DNA of 64,000 nt from Squalus acanthias (taxonomy: Eukaryota): assembly GCA_030390025.1 (NCBI GenBank), contig CM059431.1, forward strand, positions 143,718,001 to 143,782,000. The letters run 5' to 3'. The position numbers and the translations under genes were made by a program. Below are positions 50,470 through 62,920 of the stretch, piece after piece; positions within the stretch are counted from its first letter, which is position 1, and each line of letters begins with the position of its first letter. Under the pieces are notes generated by a model. That model did not search any database. It had not been told where the DNA came from and worked only from the letters and a program-made list of their open reading frames with translations.

Positions 50470-51075
50470 TCACAGGGTATAATGATCCTGTCAGGTGTCT
50501 ATGGAGTTTCACAGTGTATCAGGATGCTGCCAGGGGTTCATGTTTTAGGATCCTGCAAGTTGTGTCTGGTGATTCACAATGTCAGGTTCCGTACAGGTGT
50601 GTATGGGGTTTCACAGTGTATCAGGGTCCTCCTAGTTGTGTATGGGGTTTCACAGTGCATCAGGATCCTGCCAGGTGTGTACGGGGTTTCACAGTGTATC
50701 AGGATCCTGCCAGGTGTGTATGGGGTTTCACAGTGTATCAGGATCCTGCCAGATGTGTATGGGGTTTCACAGTGTATCAGGATCCTGCCAGGTCTGTATG
50801 GGGTTTCACAGTGTATCAGGATCCTGCCAGGTGTGTATGGGGTGTTCACAGTCTATCAGGATCCTGCCAGGTCTGTATGGGGTTTCACAGTGTATCGGGA
50901 TCCTGCCAGGTGTGTATGGGGTTTCACAGTGTATCGGGATCCTTCCAGGTGTGTATGGGGTTTCACAGTGTATCAGGATCCTGCCAGGTGTGTATGGGGT
51001 TTCACAGTGTATCAGGATCTTGTCAGGTCTGTATGGGGTTTCACGGTGTATCGGGGTCCTGCCAGGTGTCTATAG
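50470..51075. repeat. 39-bp minisatellite, ~14 copies (NLR intron)
   Basis: Unit gtgtatggggtttcacagtgtatcaggatcctgccaggt. Confidence 0.95.
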
Positions 51076-51353
51076 GACTTCACAAGTGATAGAAATCAGC
51101 AGCTGGATTTTGTGAAATGATAGTAACGTCCGCATATTTACAGGAAATGTCAGAAATGGTCTGAATTGTATCTTGAACCTGCACAGAATAGTTTTGGATT
51201 GATGACAAATCTAAATGACGTCCAATCCTATTTGTCCAGTCTTTGAACTTCTGCTTCCCAGATTCTGACAACCTCTAAAGAATCCGTTACAGTCAAACAT
51301 TCTGATTCTCAGAAGTGAGATAATAGTTTTTAAATCTTAATTTCCTCAATTAC

Positions 51354-51419
51354 CTTTCAGGTGCATGGGTATTTCGGATAAACCTCGTGCGATGTTCATA
51401 TAATCAAATGGACCAGAAC
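51354..51419 (-). CDS. NLR linker exon (66 nt)
   Basis: CAG/GTAATT, phase 1-1; (G)SGPFDYMNIARGLSEIPMHLK. Confidence 0.7.
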
Positions 51420-51524
51420 CTGTTTAAATCAATTAACTTTCATGAAATCAGATCTGTGTAATATTATAGTAAAGTCTTCAGTGTTTAAATTAGTACTTGA
51501 ATTGAGTGTGTGTTTTTACCGTAC

Positions 51525-51696
51525 CGAGTTCCTGTATTTCTTTCAGTATTTTATCCAGCTTTGGTACCCCGTGGCGCATTTTCACAAAGGATTCCCACAT
51601 CACTCTTCGGGCCCTAGAGCCTTTCTCCATCACCAGGTTTAGGAGAAGTTTGGAACTGCCCGCCCAGTTTCCCTTCTCCACGAGATCAGTGACTTT
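51525..51696 (-). CDS. NLR N-terminal death-fold-like exon B
   Basis: CAG/GTACGG, phase 0-1; KVTDLVEKGNWAGSSKLLLNLVMEKGSRARRVMWESFVKMRHGVPKLDKILKEIQEL resembles CARD helices (LLxLVMEKGxxA). Confidence 0.82.
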
Positions 51697-52559
51697 CTGT
51701 AAAGTATAATAATGAATATATTGAGGAGCGGAGAATGAGAGGGATAGGATCTGCTTTGTGATGGGATCTCCCAGTTGTTTTGAGCTGAGAAAGCAATCAC
51801 TGGGCCGGGTACTGACACATTCTGAACATGGGCTGAATATTCTGTAAACATCATGATCCACCATTAACGGAAAAGAAATGTGATGAATTATACTTCCAGG
51901 AGAGAAAGGAATCACTGAGAATTTGCAGCAGTTTTAATGTGATTAGTTTTCTCTCTCCTTTCGTGTCCAACGTGACATCAGATTACTGATTGACGATATG
52001 ATACACTCGTTTCTCACATTTTTTCCTGCTGCCGCACTTTGTGATTTAATTAGAAATAAAGCAGTAGCGAGTCAGAACTCCAGTTACAGGGAAGGAACGA
52101 ATCTGAAGTGAGAGAAGCAGCTCGAAAACTGTGAGAAATTATCGCTGACTAATTGAAACAATCACTGTTGATGTATCGGGCCGGAGAATCGACCAATTAA
52201 AATAAAGATGAGAAATCAAATCATTTGTTCCCTCGGTAATTAAAATGGCACCCATTATTTGACACATCCGCTGCCGGTATGAAACCTCGGTAACCGGGAA
52301 CAGATATCAGCAATGGGGTTGGTATAGTCAGGACTTTCTTCCTCAAAGCTTAGATTTATATAACACCTTTAAAGCAGAACATAAATCGTCGAAAGGCACT
52401 TCACAGAGGTGCAATCAGACAATGGACACAGAGACGGCGAGGCGTCGAGGACGAGAGCGTGCTGATTAAGTTACTGGACGAGTAATCCAGGTATAATGGT
52501 TCAAATCAATTCGTTGTCGTTTCCTGAATTTGAATTTATATTCGAATCTGAAACATTTC

Positions 52560-55500
52560 GAAATAAATAGCTGGTATTAGTAAAGATTGTCGTAAAACCT
52601 AATGTCCTTTACGTCTGGTCTATACGTGACTCCAGTCCTTCACCAATGTGGTGGCCTCTCAAATGGCGGAGAAAGCCTCTAGAAAGAAAGATATAGAAGA
52701 ATAAAACCAGGCAGACCGCTCGGCTTCGGCACTGGATTCAGAGACGACAAAGGGACATCCAGCCCAGTCAACCCTGCAAAACCCTCCTCACTAACTCCTG
52801 GAGACTGGTGCCAAAGTAGGGAGCAGTGGACCACATAATAGTCAAGCAACGTTCTGATGTAGTGATAGTTATAAAATCATATTTATCAGCCAACGTCTCA
52901 GGCTCCTCCATCAGCATTCATCGGTATTTCCTGTCCCACCGCAGGACAGACCCACCAGTGGTGGGTCACAGTGATATACCCTCAGGTGCAAGTGCCCTGG
53001 GAATCATTAACTTTGACATAGAAACATAGAAACATAGAAAATAGGTACAGGAGTAGACCATTCGGTCCTTCGAGCCTGCACCGCCATTCAATGCGTTCAT
53101 GGCTGAACATGCTACCTCAGTACCCCATTCCTGCTTTCTCGCCATACCCCTTGATCCCCTTAGTTGTGAGTGTTATATCTAACTCCCTTTTGAATATATT
53201 TAGCGAACTGGCCTCAACAACCTTCTGTGGAAGAGAATTCCATAGATTCACCACTCTCTGGGTGAAGAAGTTCCTCCTCAGCTCGGTCCTAAATGGCTTC
53301 CCCTTAATCCTTAGACTGTGACCCCTGGTTCTAGTTTTCCCTACCATTGGGAACATTCTGCCCGCATCTAATTTGTCTAAACCAGCCAGGATTTTAAATG
53401 TCTCTATAAGATCCCCCCTCATTCTTCTGAACTCCAGAGGATACAAGTTCAGTTGACCCAATCTTTCTTGATATGTCAGTCCGGCCATCCCAGGAATCAA
53501 TCTAGTGAACCTTCGCTGCACTCCCTCAATAGCAAGAATGTCCTTCCTTAAGTTAGGAGACCAAAACTGCGCACAATACTCCAGGTGTGGCCTCACCAAG
53601 GCCCTGTACAACTGCAGCATCACCTCCCTACTCCTGTACTCAAATCCCCTTGCTATGAAGGCCATCATTCCGTTTGCTTTCTTGACTGCCTGCTGCACTT
53701 GCATTCCCACCTTCAGTGACTGATGTACCATGACGCCCAGGTCTCGTTGCACGTCCCCTTTCCCTAATCTGCCACCATTCAGGTAATAGTCCGCCTCTCT
53801 ATTTTTACCACCAAAGTGGATAACCTCACATTTATCCACATTGTACTTCATCTGCCATACATTTGCCCATTCACCCAACCTGTCCAAGTCACTCTGTAGC
53901 CTCCTAGCATCCTCCTCATTGTTCACACTGCCTCCCAATTTAGTGTCATCCGCAAATTTGGAGATATTACATTTAATCCCTTCGTCCAAATCATTAATAT
54001 ATAATGTAAACAGCTGGGGTCCCAGCACCGAACCCTGCGGTACCCCGCTGGTCACTGCCTGCCATTCTGAAAAGTACCCATTTACTCCTACTCTTTGTTT
54101 CCTGTGTGCCAACCAGTTCTCAATCCACGTCAACACATTACCCCCAATCCCATGTGCTTTAACTTTGCTCACCAATCTCTTGTGTGGGACCTTGTCGAAG
54201 GCCTTCTGAAAGTCCAAATACACCACATCTACTGGTTCCCCCCTGTCCACCCTATTGGAAACATCCTCAAAAAATTCCAGAAGATTTGTCAAGCATGATT
54301 TCCCTTTCACAAATCCATGCTGACTTGGACCTATCATGTCGCCACTTTCCAAATGGTCTGTTATGACATCTTTAATAATTGCTTCCATCATTTTACCCAC
54401 GACCGATGTCAGGCTGACCGGTCTATAATTCCCTGCTTTCTCCCTCCCTCCTTTTTTAAAAAGAGGGGTTACATTGGCCACCCTCCACTCCATCGGAACT
54501 GATCCAGAGTCTAAGGAATGTTGGAAAATGATCGTCAAGGCATCCACTATTTCCAAGGCCACCTCCTTAAGTACTCTGGGATGCAGACCATCAGGCCCCG
54601 GGGATTTTTCAGCCTTCAGTCTCATCAATTTCCCCAATACCTTTTCCCGACTAATAAGGATTTCCCTCAGCTCCTCCCTCTTACCAGATCCTCTGACCCC
54701 TTTTATTTCCGGCAGGTTGTGTGTGTCCTCCACAGTAAACACCGAACCAAAGTACTTGTTCAATTGATCTGCCATTTCCTTGTTCCCCATTACGACTTCC
54801 CCTGTTTCCGACTGCAGGGGACCTACGTTTGTTTTTACTAACCTCTTTCTTTTTACACATTGACTCCGGAGCCAATGAAATCTCATGCCTTCAGGTCAAA
54901 CATGTGCAAGGAAACCTCCTGTTGATTCCCACCTTCCCTCAGCCAATTAATCAGTACTCCTCAATTTTGAACACAACTTGAAGGAAGCACTACAGGTACC
55001 AAAAGGTGCAGAATGTACATTAGGTGGGAGATTTCATGTCTATTTCCCAGCTAATTCGATATCAAGAAAAAAATGAATGCACTGGGCACAGCAAATGCTA
55101 CAGGTCCCAACAACGTTCCGGCTGTAGTGTTGAAGATCTGTGCTCTGGAACTAACCGCACCTCTAGTCAAGTTGTTCCAGTACATCCAGAACACTGGTGT
55201 CTACCCAACAATGCAGAGAATTGTCCAGGTATGTCCTGTCCACAAAAATCAGGACAAATCCAACCCATGCAATTACCGCCCTATCAGCCTGCTCTCAATC
55301 ATCATGAACGTGTTGGAAGGAGTCATCAACAGTGTTATCAAGCAGCATTTAATCACAAATAAACTGCTCACCGAGGCTCAATTTGAGATCCACCAGGACC
55401 AATTGGCTCCAAACATGGACCAAAGAACTGAATTCCAGCTGAGGTGAGAGTGACGGTGCTTAACATCAAGGCAGTGTTCGACGTGTGTGGCACCATGGAG

Positions 55501-56330
55501 TGTGGTTGTTGGAGGCGAATCGTCTCAGCACCAGGACATCACTGCAGGAGTTCCTCGGGGCAGAGTCTTCGGACTAACTATTTCAGCTGCTTCATCAATT
55601 ACCTTACCTCCATCATAAAGCCAGGAGTGGGGATGTTCACTGATGATTGCAGTGTTCAGCTCCATTTTCAATTCGTCAGATAATGAAGCGGTCCATGGTC
55701 GCATGCAGCAAGTCCTGGACAAAATCCAGGCTTGGGCGGACAAGTGGCAAGTAACATTCGCGCCACACAAATGCCAGGCAATGCCCATCTCCCACAAGAG
55801 TGTCCAACCATGTCCATTTGTCATTCAGTGGCATTGCCAACGTCTATTCCCTACCATTGACTAGCCACATAAATCTCGTGGCTACGAGAGCAGGTAAGAG
55901 GCTGGGTATTCTGTGGAGAGTGTCTCACCTCCTGGCCACCCAGAAGCCTCTCCTGCACCTACAAGGCACAACTGCGGTGTGTGATGGAAAACTCTCCACT
56001 TGCCTGGATAGGTGCAGTTGCAACAACACTCAAAGATCCACGCAATCCAGGACAAATTAATACACTTGATCGGCAGCCCACCCGCCACCTTAAACAGCCA
56101 TTCCCTCCACCAACGGTGCACCATAGCTGCCGTGTGTACTATTTACAGAAAGCACTGCAGCAGTTCACCAAGGCTTCTTTGACAGCACCTCCCAAACACG
56201 TGCCCTCTGCCACCTAGAAGGACAAGAACAGCATGTGCATGGGAACCCCATCAGCTGCAAGTTCTACTTCAAGTCAGAGACCATCCTGAATTGAACATAT
56301 ATCGTCGTTCCTTCATCGTCACTGTAAATT
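52560..56330 (+). mobile_element. Degenerate non-LTR retrotransposon (APE + RT), split by a younger CR1 at ~53018-54860
   Basis: Endonuclease-like remnant at 52826-53015, then KATGP-like, NYRPISLLSII, MFTDDC and WADKWQVTFAPHKC remnants. Confidence 0.8.
53018..54860 (-). mobile_element. Young 5'-truncated CR1 LINE with uninterrupted RT ORF (589-aa ORF call)
   Basis: Full RT motif set, (catagaaa)n tail at ~53017-53040 and flanking duplicated ttgac. Confidence 0.97.
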
Positions 56331-56519
56331 GAGAGCCAAAAGGCCCAGCGCCGGCTACAGAGGGAACAGGACAAGCAACAGAATGTTTCCTTAACCAATC
56401 AGATTGAGGAATCCTTACTGATGCTCGCAAAGTCTGAACCAGAAACTTTCAGTTAGGATAAAGAATTGAATGACAGATCACGTGCAGAAAGTGAAATAAA
56501 GAGGGAAAGAAAGATTGAT

Positions 56520-56900
56520 TCAGATTGGATTTCACTGAAACATACAAAATTCTTACAGGGCTCGACAGGGTAGATGCAGGGAGGATGTTTCCCTGGCTGG
56601 GGAATCTAGAATCAGGGGTCACAATGTCAGAATAAGGGGTCGGCCATTTAGGACTGAGGTGAGGAGAAATTTCGTCACTCACAGGCTGGTGAATCTTTGC
56701 AATTATCTACCCCAGAGGGCTGTGGAGGCTCAGTCGTTGGATATATTGAAGACAGAGATCGATAGATCTTTGAATATTAAGGGAATCAATGGATATCGGG
56801 GATAGTGCAGGAAAGTGGAGATGAGGTGGAAGATCAGCCATGGTCTTATTGAATGGCGGAGCAGGCTCGAAGGGACAAATGGCCTATTCATGTTTTTATG
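56520..56900 (+). mobile_element. CR1 LINE 3' fragment
   Basis: ETYKILTGLDRVDAGRMFP-type remnant and 3' UTR. Confidence 0.8.
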
Positions 56901-58094
56901 TTTAGAGGGAGCGAAAATAGAGACAGAAGGAAAAGGTACAGACATTGATTCTTTTTTGTTTGTACAGCTCCAACAATAATTACAATCCAAAGGAATGAGA
57001 TTACACACTTGTAAAAGTTAATTTTCTGTGCCAGAGAGGTTGTCTGACATTAGTTAAGAATGATCACACCGTTAAACAAATAAGTACACTGGAATAGGCA
57101 AGCCCTGACTTTTCCTGGCGAGTTTCCTGTGTATCTATCAGGTAAGTACAGTAATGTTACGCCGTTCCATGCATTTCAATGGCGAGTCTCTCGGCGAGAT
57201 ACCATTCTCGCGCAGCTTTTGGAGCAGCAGGGAAACTCGGACAGGACCTTCCTGATTTTCGTGTTTAACTCCGCATGTGCGGTCGCTGGAAATTACTGTC
57301 CAATTTACACTTTAATAACAGTGAGCGCTGTTAGCCCCACCGTTATTTCTACTGCAAAATCTGGTCTGTTACAAAAATATGAAACTAACAATATTTCATC
57401 CCCCAGTCACTCACTCTGAACAAAATGATACAGAAACCAAACCATTAAAGTGAGCGGACGGAAAATGACAGACTGAGAAATCTCAATTTCCTGATGTTCC
57501 TCCCTGGGAGGTGACGTCCCACACCAAGAGCACAGGGGCTGGTAATTTACCCAGTAGTGTATAATTTTGGACAATCTATTTATACAATGTAAAAGCAATG
57601 GAAAAACTGGCGTGCCATTGCACTAGGATGTTAGCAGGGCTGTGGAGTTACTGTTAGAGACTGCGATTTGAGAACGTTGGACTCATTCCACTAGAGGTGA
57701 GCAGATTAAGTGAGGAGTTGCTGCAAGTCTTCAGATTCTGAAGTTACGATCAAAAAAATTGTTACTGATAGTTTCCACTGATTGGTCATAGGGCACATAT
57801 TTCGGCTAATTCGAAGAATTCGCGGTGAAGGTTGATAAATTTATTTAAACTCGAGGCGGTTAGAAAGCATAATCCAATCGCACAGACTATTGTGGAAGCA
57901 AGTCGACAATTTTTTGAAAAATTCTATTTCTATTGCTGCATGGATAGAAAGGAATGCTGGAGTATCGAGAGTGAACAGAAGATTGCACCTGGACTCATTG
58001 GGATACTAATCATAATGCGGGCAGCAGGAGTTTGGGATTAGATGGGCTTTTTTAAGGACACCAAATGTACAGGAAATTGTCATTAGATCCAGAG

Positions 58095-60025
58095 GCATAT
58101 TAACAGTAATGGGTAGTGAGCAGGAGGTTGGGATTAGACTAGGTGGGATATTAACGGTAATGGGTAGTGAGCAGGAGGTTGGGATTAGACTAGGTAGGAT
58201 ATTAATGGTAATGGGCAGTGAGCAGGAGGTTGGGATTAGACTAGGTGGGATATTAACAGTAATGGGCAGTGAGCAGGAGGTTGGGATTAGACTAGGTGGG
58301 ATATTAACGGTAAAGGGTAGTGAGCAGGAGGTTGGGATTAGACTAGGTGGGACATTAACAGTAATGGGTAGCGAGCAGGAGGTTGGGATTAGACTAGGTA
58401 GGATATTAATGGTAATGGGCAGTGAGCAGGAGGTTGGGATTAGACTAGGTGGGATATTAACAGTAATGGGCAGTGAGCAGGAGGTTGGGATTAGACTAGG
58501 TGGGGTATTAACGGTCATGGGTAGTGAGCAGGAGGTTGGGATTAGACTAGGTGAGATATTAACAGTAATGGGTAGTGAGCAGGAGGTTGGGATTAGACTA
58601 GGTGAGATATTAACAGTAATGGGTAGTGAGCAGGGGGTTGGGATTAGACTAGGTGGGATATTAACAGTAATGGGTAGTGAGCAGGGGGTTGGGATTAGAC
58701 TAGGTGGGATATTGACGGTAATGGGCAGTGAGCAGGAGGTTGGGATTAGACTAGGTGGGATATTAACGGGAATGGGTAGTGAGCAGGAGGTTGGGATTAG
58801 ACTAGGTGGGATATTAACGGTAATGGGCAGTGAGCAGGAGGTTGGGATTAGACTAGGTGGGATATTAATAGTAATGGGTACTGAGCAGGAGGTTGGGATT
58901 AGACTAGGTGGGATATTAACGGAAATGGGCAGTGAGCAGGAGGTTGGGATTAGACTAGGTGGGATATTAACAGTAATGGGGAATGAGCAAGAGGTTGGGA
59001 TTAGACTGGGAGGGATATTAACGGTAAAGGATACTGAGTAGGTGGTTAGGATTAGACTAGGTGGGATATTAACGGGAATGGGCAGTGAGCAGGAGTTTGG
59101 GATTAGACTAGGTGGGATATTAACGGTAATGGGCAGTGAGCAGGAGGTTGGGATTAGACTAGGTGGGATATTAACGGGAATGGGTAGTGAGCAGGAGGTT
59201 GGGATTAGACTAGGTGGGATATTAACGGTAATGGGCAGTGAGCAGGAGGTTGGGATTAGACTAGGTGGGATATTAATAGTAATGGGTACTGAGCAGGAGG
59301 TTGGAATCAGACTAGGTGGGATATTAACGGAAATGGGCAGTGAGCAGGAGGTTGGGATTAGACTAGGTGGGATATTAACAGTATTGGGTAGTGAGCAGGA
59401 GGTTGGGATTAGACGAGGCGGGATATTAACGGTAATGGGCAGTGAGCAGGAGCTGGTGATTAGACTAGGTGTGATATTACCAGTAATGGGTAGTGAGCAG
59501 GAGGTTGGGATTAGACTAGGTGGGATATTAACAGTAATGGGCAGTGAGCAGGAGGTTGGGAATTAGACTAGGTGAGATATTAACAGTAATGGGGAATGAG
59601 CAGGAGGTTGGGATTAGACTAGGTGGGATATTAACAGCAATGGGCAGTGAGCAGGAGGTTGGGAATTAGACTAGGTGAGATATTAACAGTAATGGGGAAT
59701 GAGCAGGAGGTTGGGATTAGACTAGGTGGGATATTAACGGTAATGGGTAGTGAGCAGGAGGTTGGGATTAGGCTAGGTGGGATATTAACAGTAATGGGCA
59801 GTGAGCAGAAGGTTGGAATTAGACTAGGTGGGATATTAACGCTAATGGGCAGTGAGCAGGAGGTTGGGATTAGACTAGGTGGGATATCATCAGGAATGGG
59901 TGGTGAGCAGGAGGTTGGGATTAGACTAGGTGGGATATTAACAGTAATGGGTAGTGAGCAGGAGGTTGGGATTAGACTAGGTGGGATATTAACAGTAATG
60001 GGTAGTGAGCAGCAGGTTGGGATGA
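58095..60025. repeat. 51-bp minisatellite, ~38 copies (NLR intron)
   Basis: Unit atgggtagtgagcaggaggttgggattagactaggtgggatattaacagta. Confidence 0.96.
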
Positions 60026-60783
60026 GAGTAAATTGCCTAGATTATCAACTTGGAAAGTTGGTATCAGGTCGACTGTCCATTATACACCCTGCCCGATTAT
60101 CATTTCCATTTAGTTCTATTCCATTAAAGGTAACTGACAGAACATTACAGGCTGCTTGCTGTAATTTCCTGAAGTGATGTCCCAGGGAGTGACGTTCCAC
60201 GACAGGTTCTACCGCCCGGATTGAGTCTCTGCCGAAGTTGGAATTGACCCCCGGTGATGCAGGGGGAGGAAAAACCTGCACAGCCTCGGGTTTTCAATCC
60301 TCATTTTTTGGGGGTTAGTTGTCCTGTTTGGGTCTCATACATTTTAGCCATTTTACCCTTTTGTTTTTGTTCTTGAAGAGCCTCTCATTTACTGCGCAGA
60401 TTATTCTTCTCATCTCTCAGTTCCTTAATTTCCATTAAGTAGTTCCAGGTCAGTAAACTCATGACCTTCCATTTAATCCCGGTTAGTTGCCTCTGGTCTC
60501 TCCTTTTCCCAGTCCCACTAAAACTGTTTCCCTTTGTTTTCAGTCCACACAAGAGTTGTATCGGAACTGTTCCCCTGTCCTTTGTACAGATACTGTCGGA
60601 TCCGCTGGGTATTTTCACCTCTTCATATCATAGCTTCAGATTCACAATATTTTCAGTTTTATACATTTCTTTCCTATTTGACCTGTTTCTCTTCCGTAAC
60701 ATTCTATGATTCTAAGATCTGATTTCCTGTCAGTTCTGTGATGTTTGAATAATTCAAACTCATTCTGTGTCCCTCCCACTCAC

Positions 60784-60950
60784 CCGATGTTCTTGTCCAC
60801 TGAAATGCCTCTCATATGTTAACAACGAGCTGACTCCGTCCACCCCTCCTTCAATCGCCTGTTCCAGTCTGGCCCGGTAGAATTTCGTGAACTGGAACAG
60901 CTGGTAATCGTCGCACTTTGTCAAGAACTCAGTGATTGTAGAGTTCGGAT
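60784..60950 (-). CDS. NLR N-terminal death-fold-like exon A
   Basis: CAG/GTGAGT, phase 1-0; DPNSTITEFLTKCDDYQLFQFTKFYRARLEQAIEGGVDGVSSLLTYERHFSGQEHR. Confidence 0.8.
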
Positions 60951-61149
60951 CTGTGAACACAAATGGAGAAAACTAAACACATTATCCACTTTCTGCCCAG
61001 CTGCTACATTTCATCTTATACCAAACGGCTAAAGCTTCCTGTAAGCCACATTATCAAACACCTTCAGAAAACCCATACGCACGTCATGTACGACATTCCT
61101 TTGACCTGTATAGTCACGTCTCAACACAACTGCATCTTAATGTGTTGGC

Positions 61150-62095
61150 AGATTGGCCTCATGACTGGCAAGTGCGGTTTATCTTGGATAAGTGCCATGT
61201 TATGCCTGTGGACAGGGCGAATGCTCAACATTCATACACCCTTCATGGAGAAGCATTAAAGAAGGGGGAGAAAGGAAGTGCAGACATCTCTAAAGGTACT
61301 GGAGCAATGCCGTGAAGCGATGCTAGAGCTAAGAGGGTGTTGGGGTGCATTCATAGGACAGTTGGGTATAAGACGACCTATTTTGTCCTAGTACAAGACC
61401 TTGGTAAAGGCCTCACTTGGAATACTGTGTCCAGTTTTGGTCTCCGCACATGGTGGGTGATATTGAGGCTTTGAAACTGTTGCAGAGGAGGGAAATTAGA
61501 CTAATTCCCACTATAAAGCAACTTAGTTACCAAGATAGGCTAAGAGTTTGGACTCTACACTTTAGAGAAGCAAAGATTTACGGGTGATCTGATTGAGGTT
61601 TATAAGATGATGAAGGGAATAGATTGTGTTCCAGTTGACAGCTTAGGGAGGGACAGGGGTCACAATTTTAAGTTGTGCAAGGCCAGATTTAAGTTAGATG
61701 TCAGGAGGTGGTTCTTTTCCAAGGAGAATAGTCAACTTCAGGAACAGGATGCCTTCTCTTGCGGTGGACGCTGACTCGCTGAATTCCTTCAGGCGAGAGC
61801 TGGACCTGTTCCTGTTTGGGGCGGACATCACCTCTTACAACAGGAAGACACTTCCGGGAATTCAGTGCAAGAGTGATCTGCTGGACTAGTTTCAATCGCC
61901 TAGATGGTCGGAGAGGAATTCCCCGTATTTTAATCCCCCAATTTGGCCTGTGTTTTTACCTGTTTGTTTCCACCTCACCCAGGAGATCACATGGTTCTGT
62001 TTGGGACAGCTAGAACAAAGTATGACAAAGTATTGCAATTGCCTGGGAAAGTCTGGATGGACCAAAGGGTCTTCACCTCTCCGTCATTGTTCGTA
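61150..62095 (+). mobile_element. Degenerate CR1-type LINE 3' portion
   Basis: PHLEYCVQFWSP, GDLIEVYKMM and NSFRRELD remnants. Confidence 0.8.
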
Positions 62096-62689
62096 AAATT
62101 GTCATATACGACTTTTCTACAGCTAATCCGTTCCAGCCTCCCCTCATCACCCTCTTTATCGCTAAATGCTCATGAATTCGAACTGGATTAACAGATTTGA
62201 GGAGTTTTGACACAATAGTCTCTGGTTACCAGATTGATCCTCTCTCCACATTATAACAGAATCATCACTTGGGCTCCTTCAGTCCACCTGAATATTTTTG
62301 ATATCAAACGTGGGTTGAAATGCTGTGCTCAGTCCCTCCTATCTCCTCTCTGACTTCCTTTAACAGTCTGGGGTGCATTATTTCTGAGCCCAGTGACTTC
62401 TCCACCTCGGCTACTTTACTCAGATCCAAATCCTTCTCTACAGTGATCTTCACTGTGGATCCACATCCTCCTCTAGTACAACAACATTCTCACTTCAACC
62501 ATCATTTTAGAAAGTAAAGGAAATATTTTGTATCTCCCCAAAATTGCATCCTCCACAACTAGTTTCCCCAGGCCCCCCCTCTATCTCACCTCCACTGCTT
62601 GCTGGCCTGCAAAACCCACTGAGAATTGTACTGTCTCCCTTCCTATTGCTGAACTGCATACATATGGATTCCATCTTATCATAGCTCCC

Positions 62690-62920
62690 TGGAACACCCG
62701 TATGTTCTAAACCTCTCCGCCTCTCTCTCTCTCTCGCTCTCCTCCTTTCAGTCATTCCTGAAACCTTACCTCTTTGAGCAATCTTTTGCTCACCTTTCCT
62801 AATATGTCCTTATGTGACTCGGTGTCAAATTTTGATTGATAACATTCCTGTGAAGCACATTGAGACGTTTTACAACATTGATGCCGCTATATAAACGCAA
62901 GTTTGTTCTTGTTGTTGTTC
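62690..62920 (+). mobile_element. L2-type LINE 3' end
   Basis: Matches the 3' UTR of the 405-965 element and ends in (ttg)n. Confidence 0.65.

Larger units (their letters stand above)
38926..60950 (-). pseudogene. NLR family (death-fold-like + NACHT + LRR) immune receptor gene, disrupted; first exon not located
   Basis: Exons at 60784-60950, 51525-51696, 51354-51419, 47009-48781, 45760-45846, 40346-40516, 39864-40034, 39181-39347 and 38926-39013, all with AG/GT sites. Lesions: three frameshifts in the NACHT exon, TGA at 40013-15, and a 1-nt deletion in the 39181-39347 exon. Confidence 0.88.

Noticed and set aside
50467..51115. Overlapping repeat ORFs in several frames
   Set aside because: They come from a 39-bp intronic minisatellite with an internal frameshift.
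58006..60177. Long ORFs on both strands of the second 51-bp array (MGSEQEVGIRLGGILTV / PTS-like antisense)
   Set aside because: This is an intronic minisatellite within the NLR gene, with 1-nt indels and no supporting splice or start context. The unit is unrelated to the mucin array despite the equal length.
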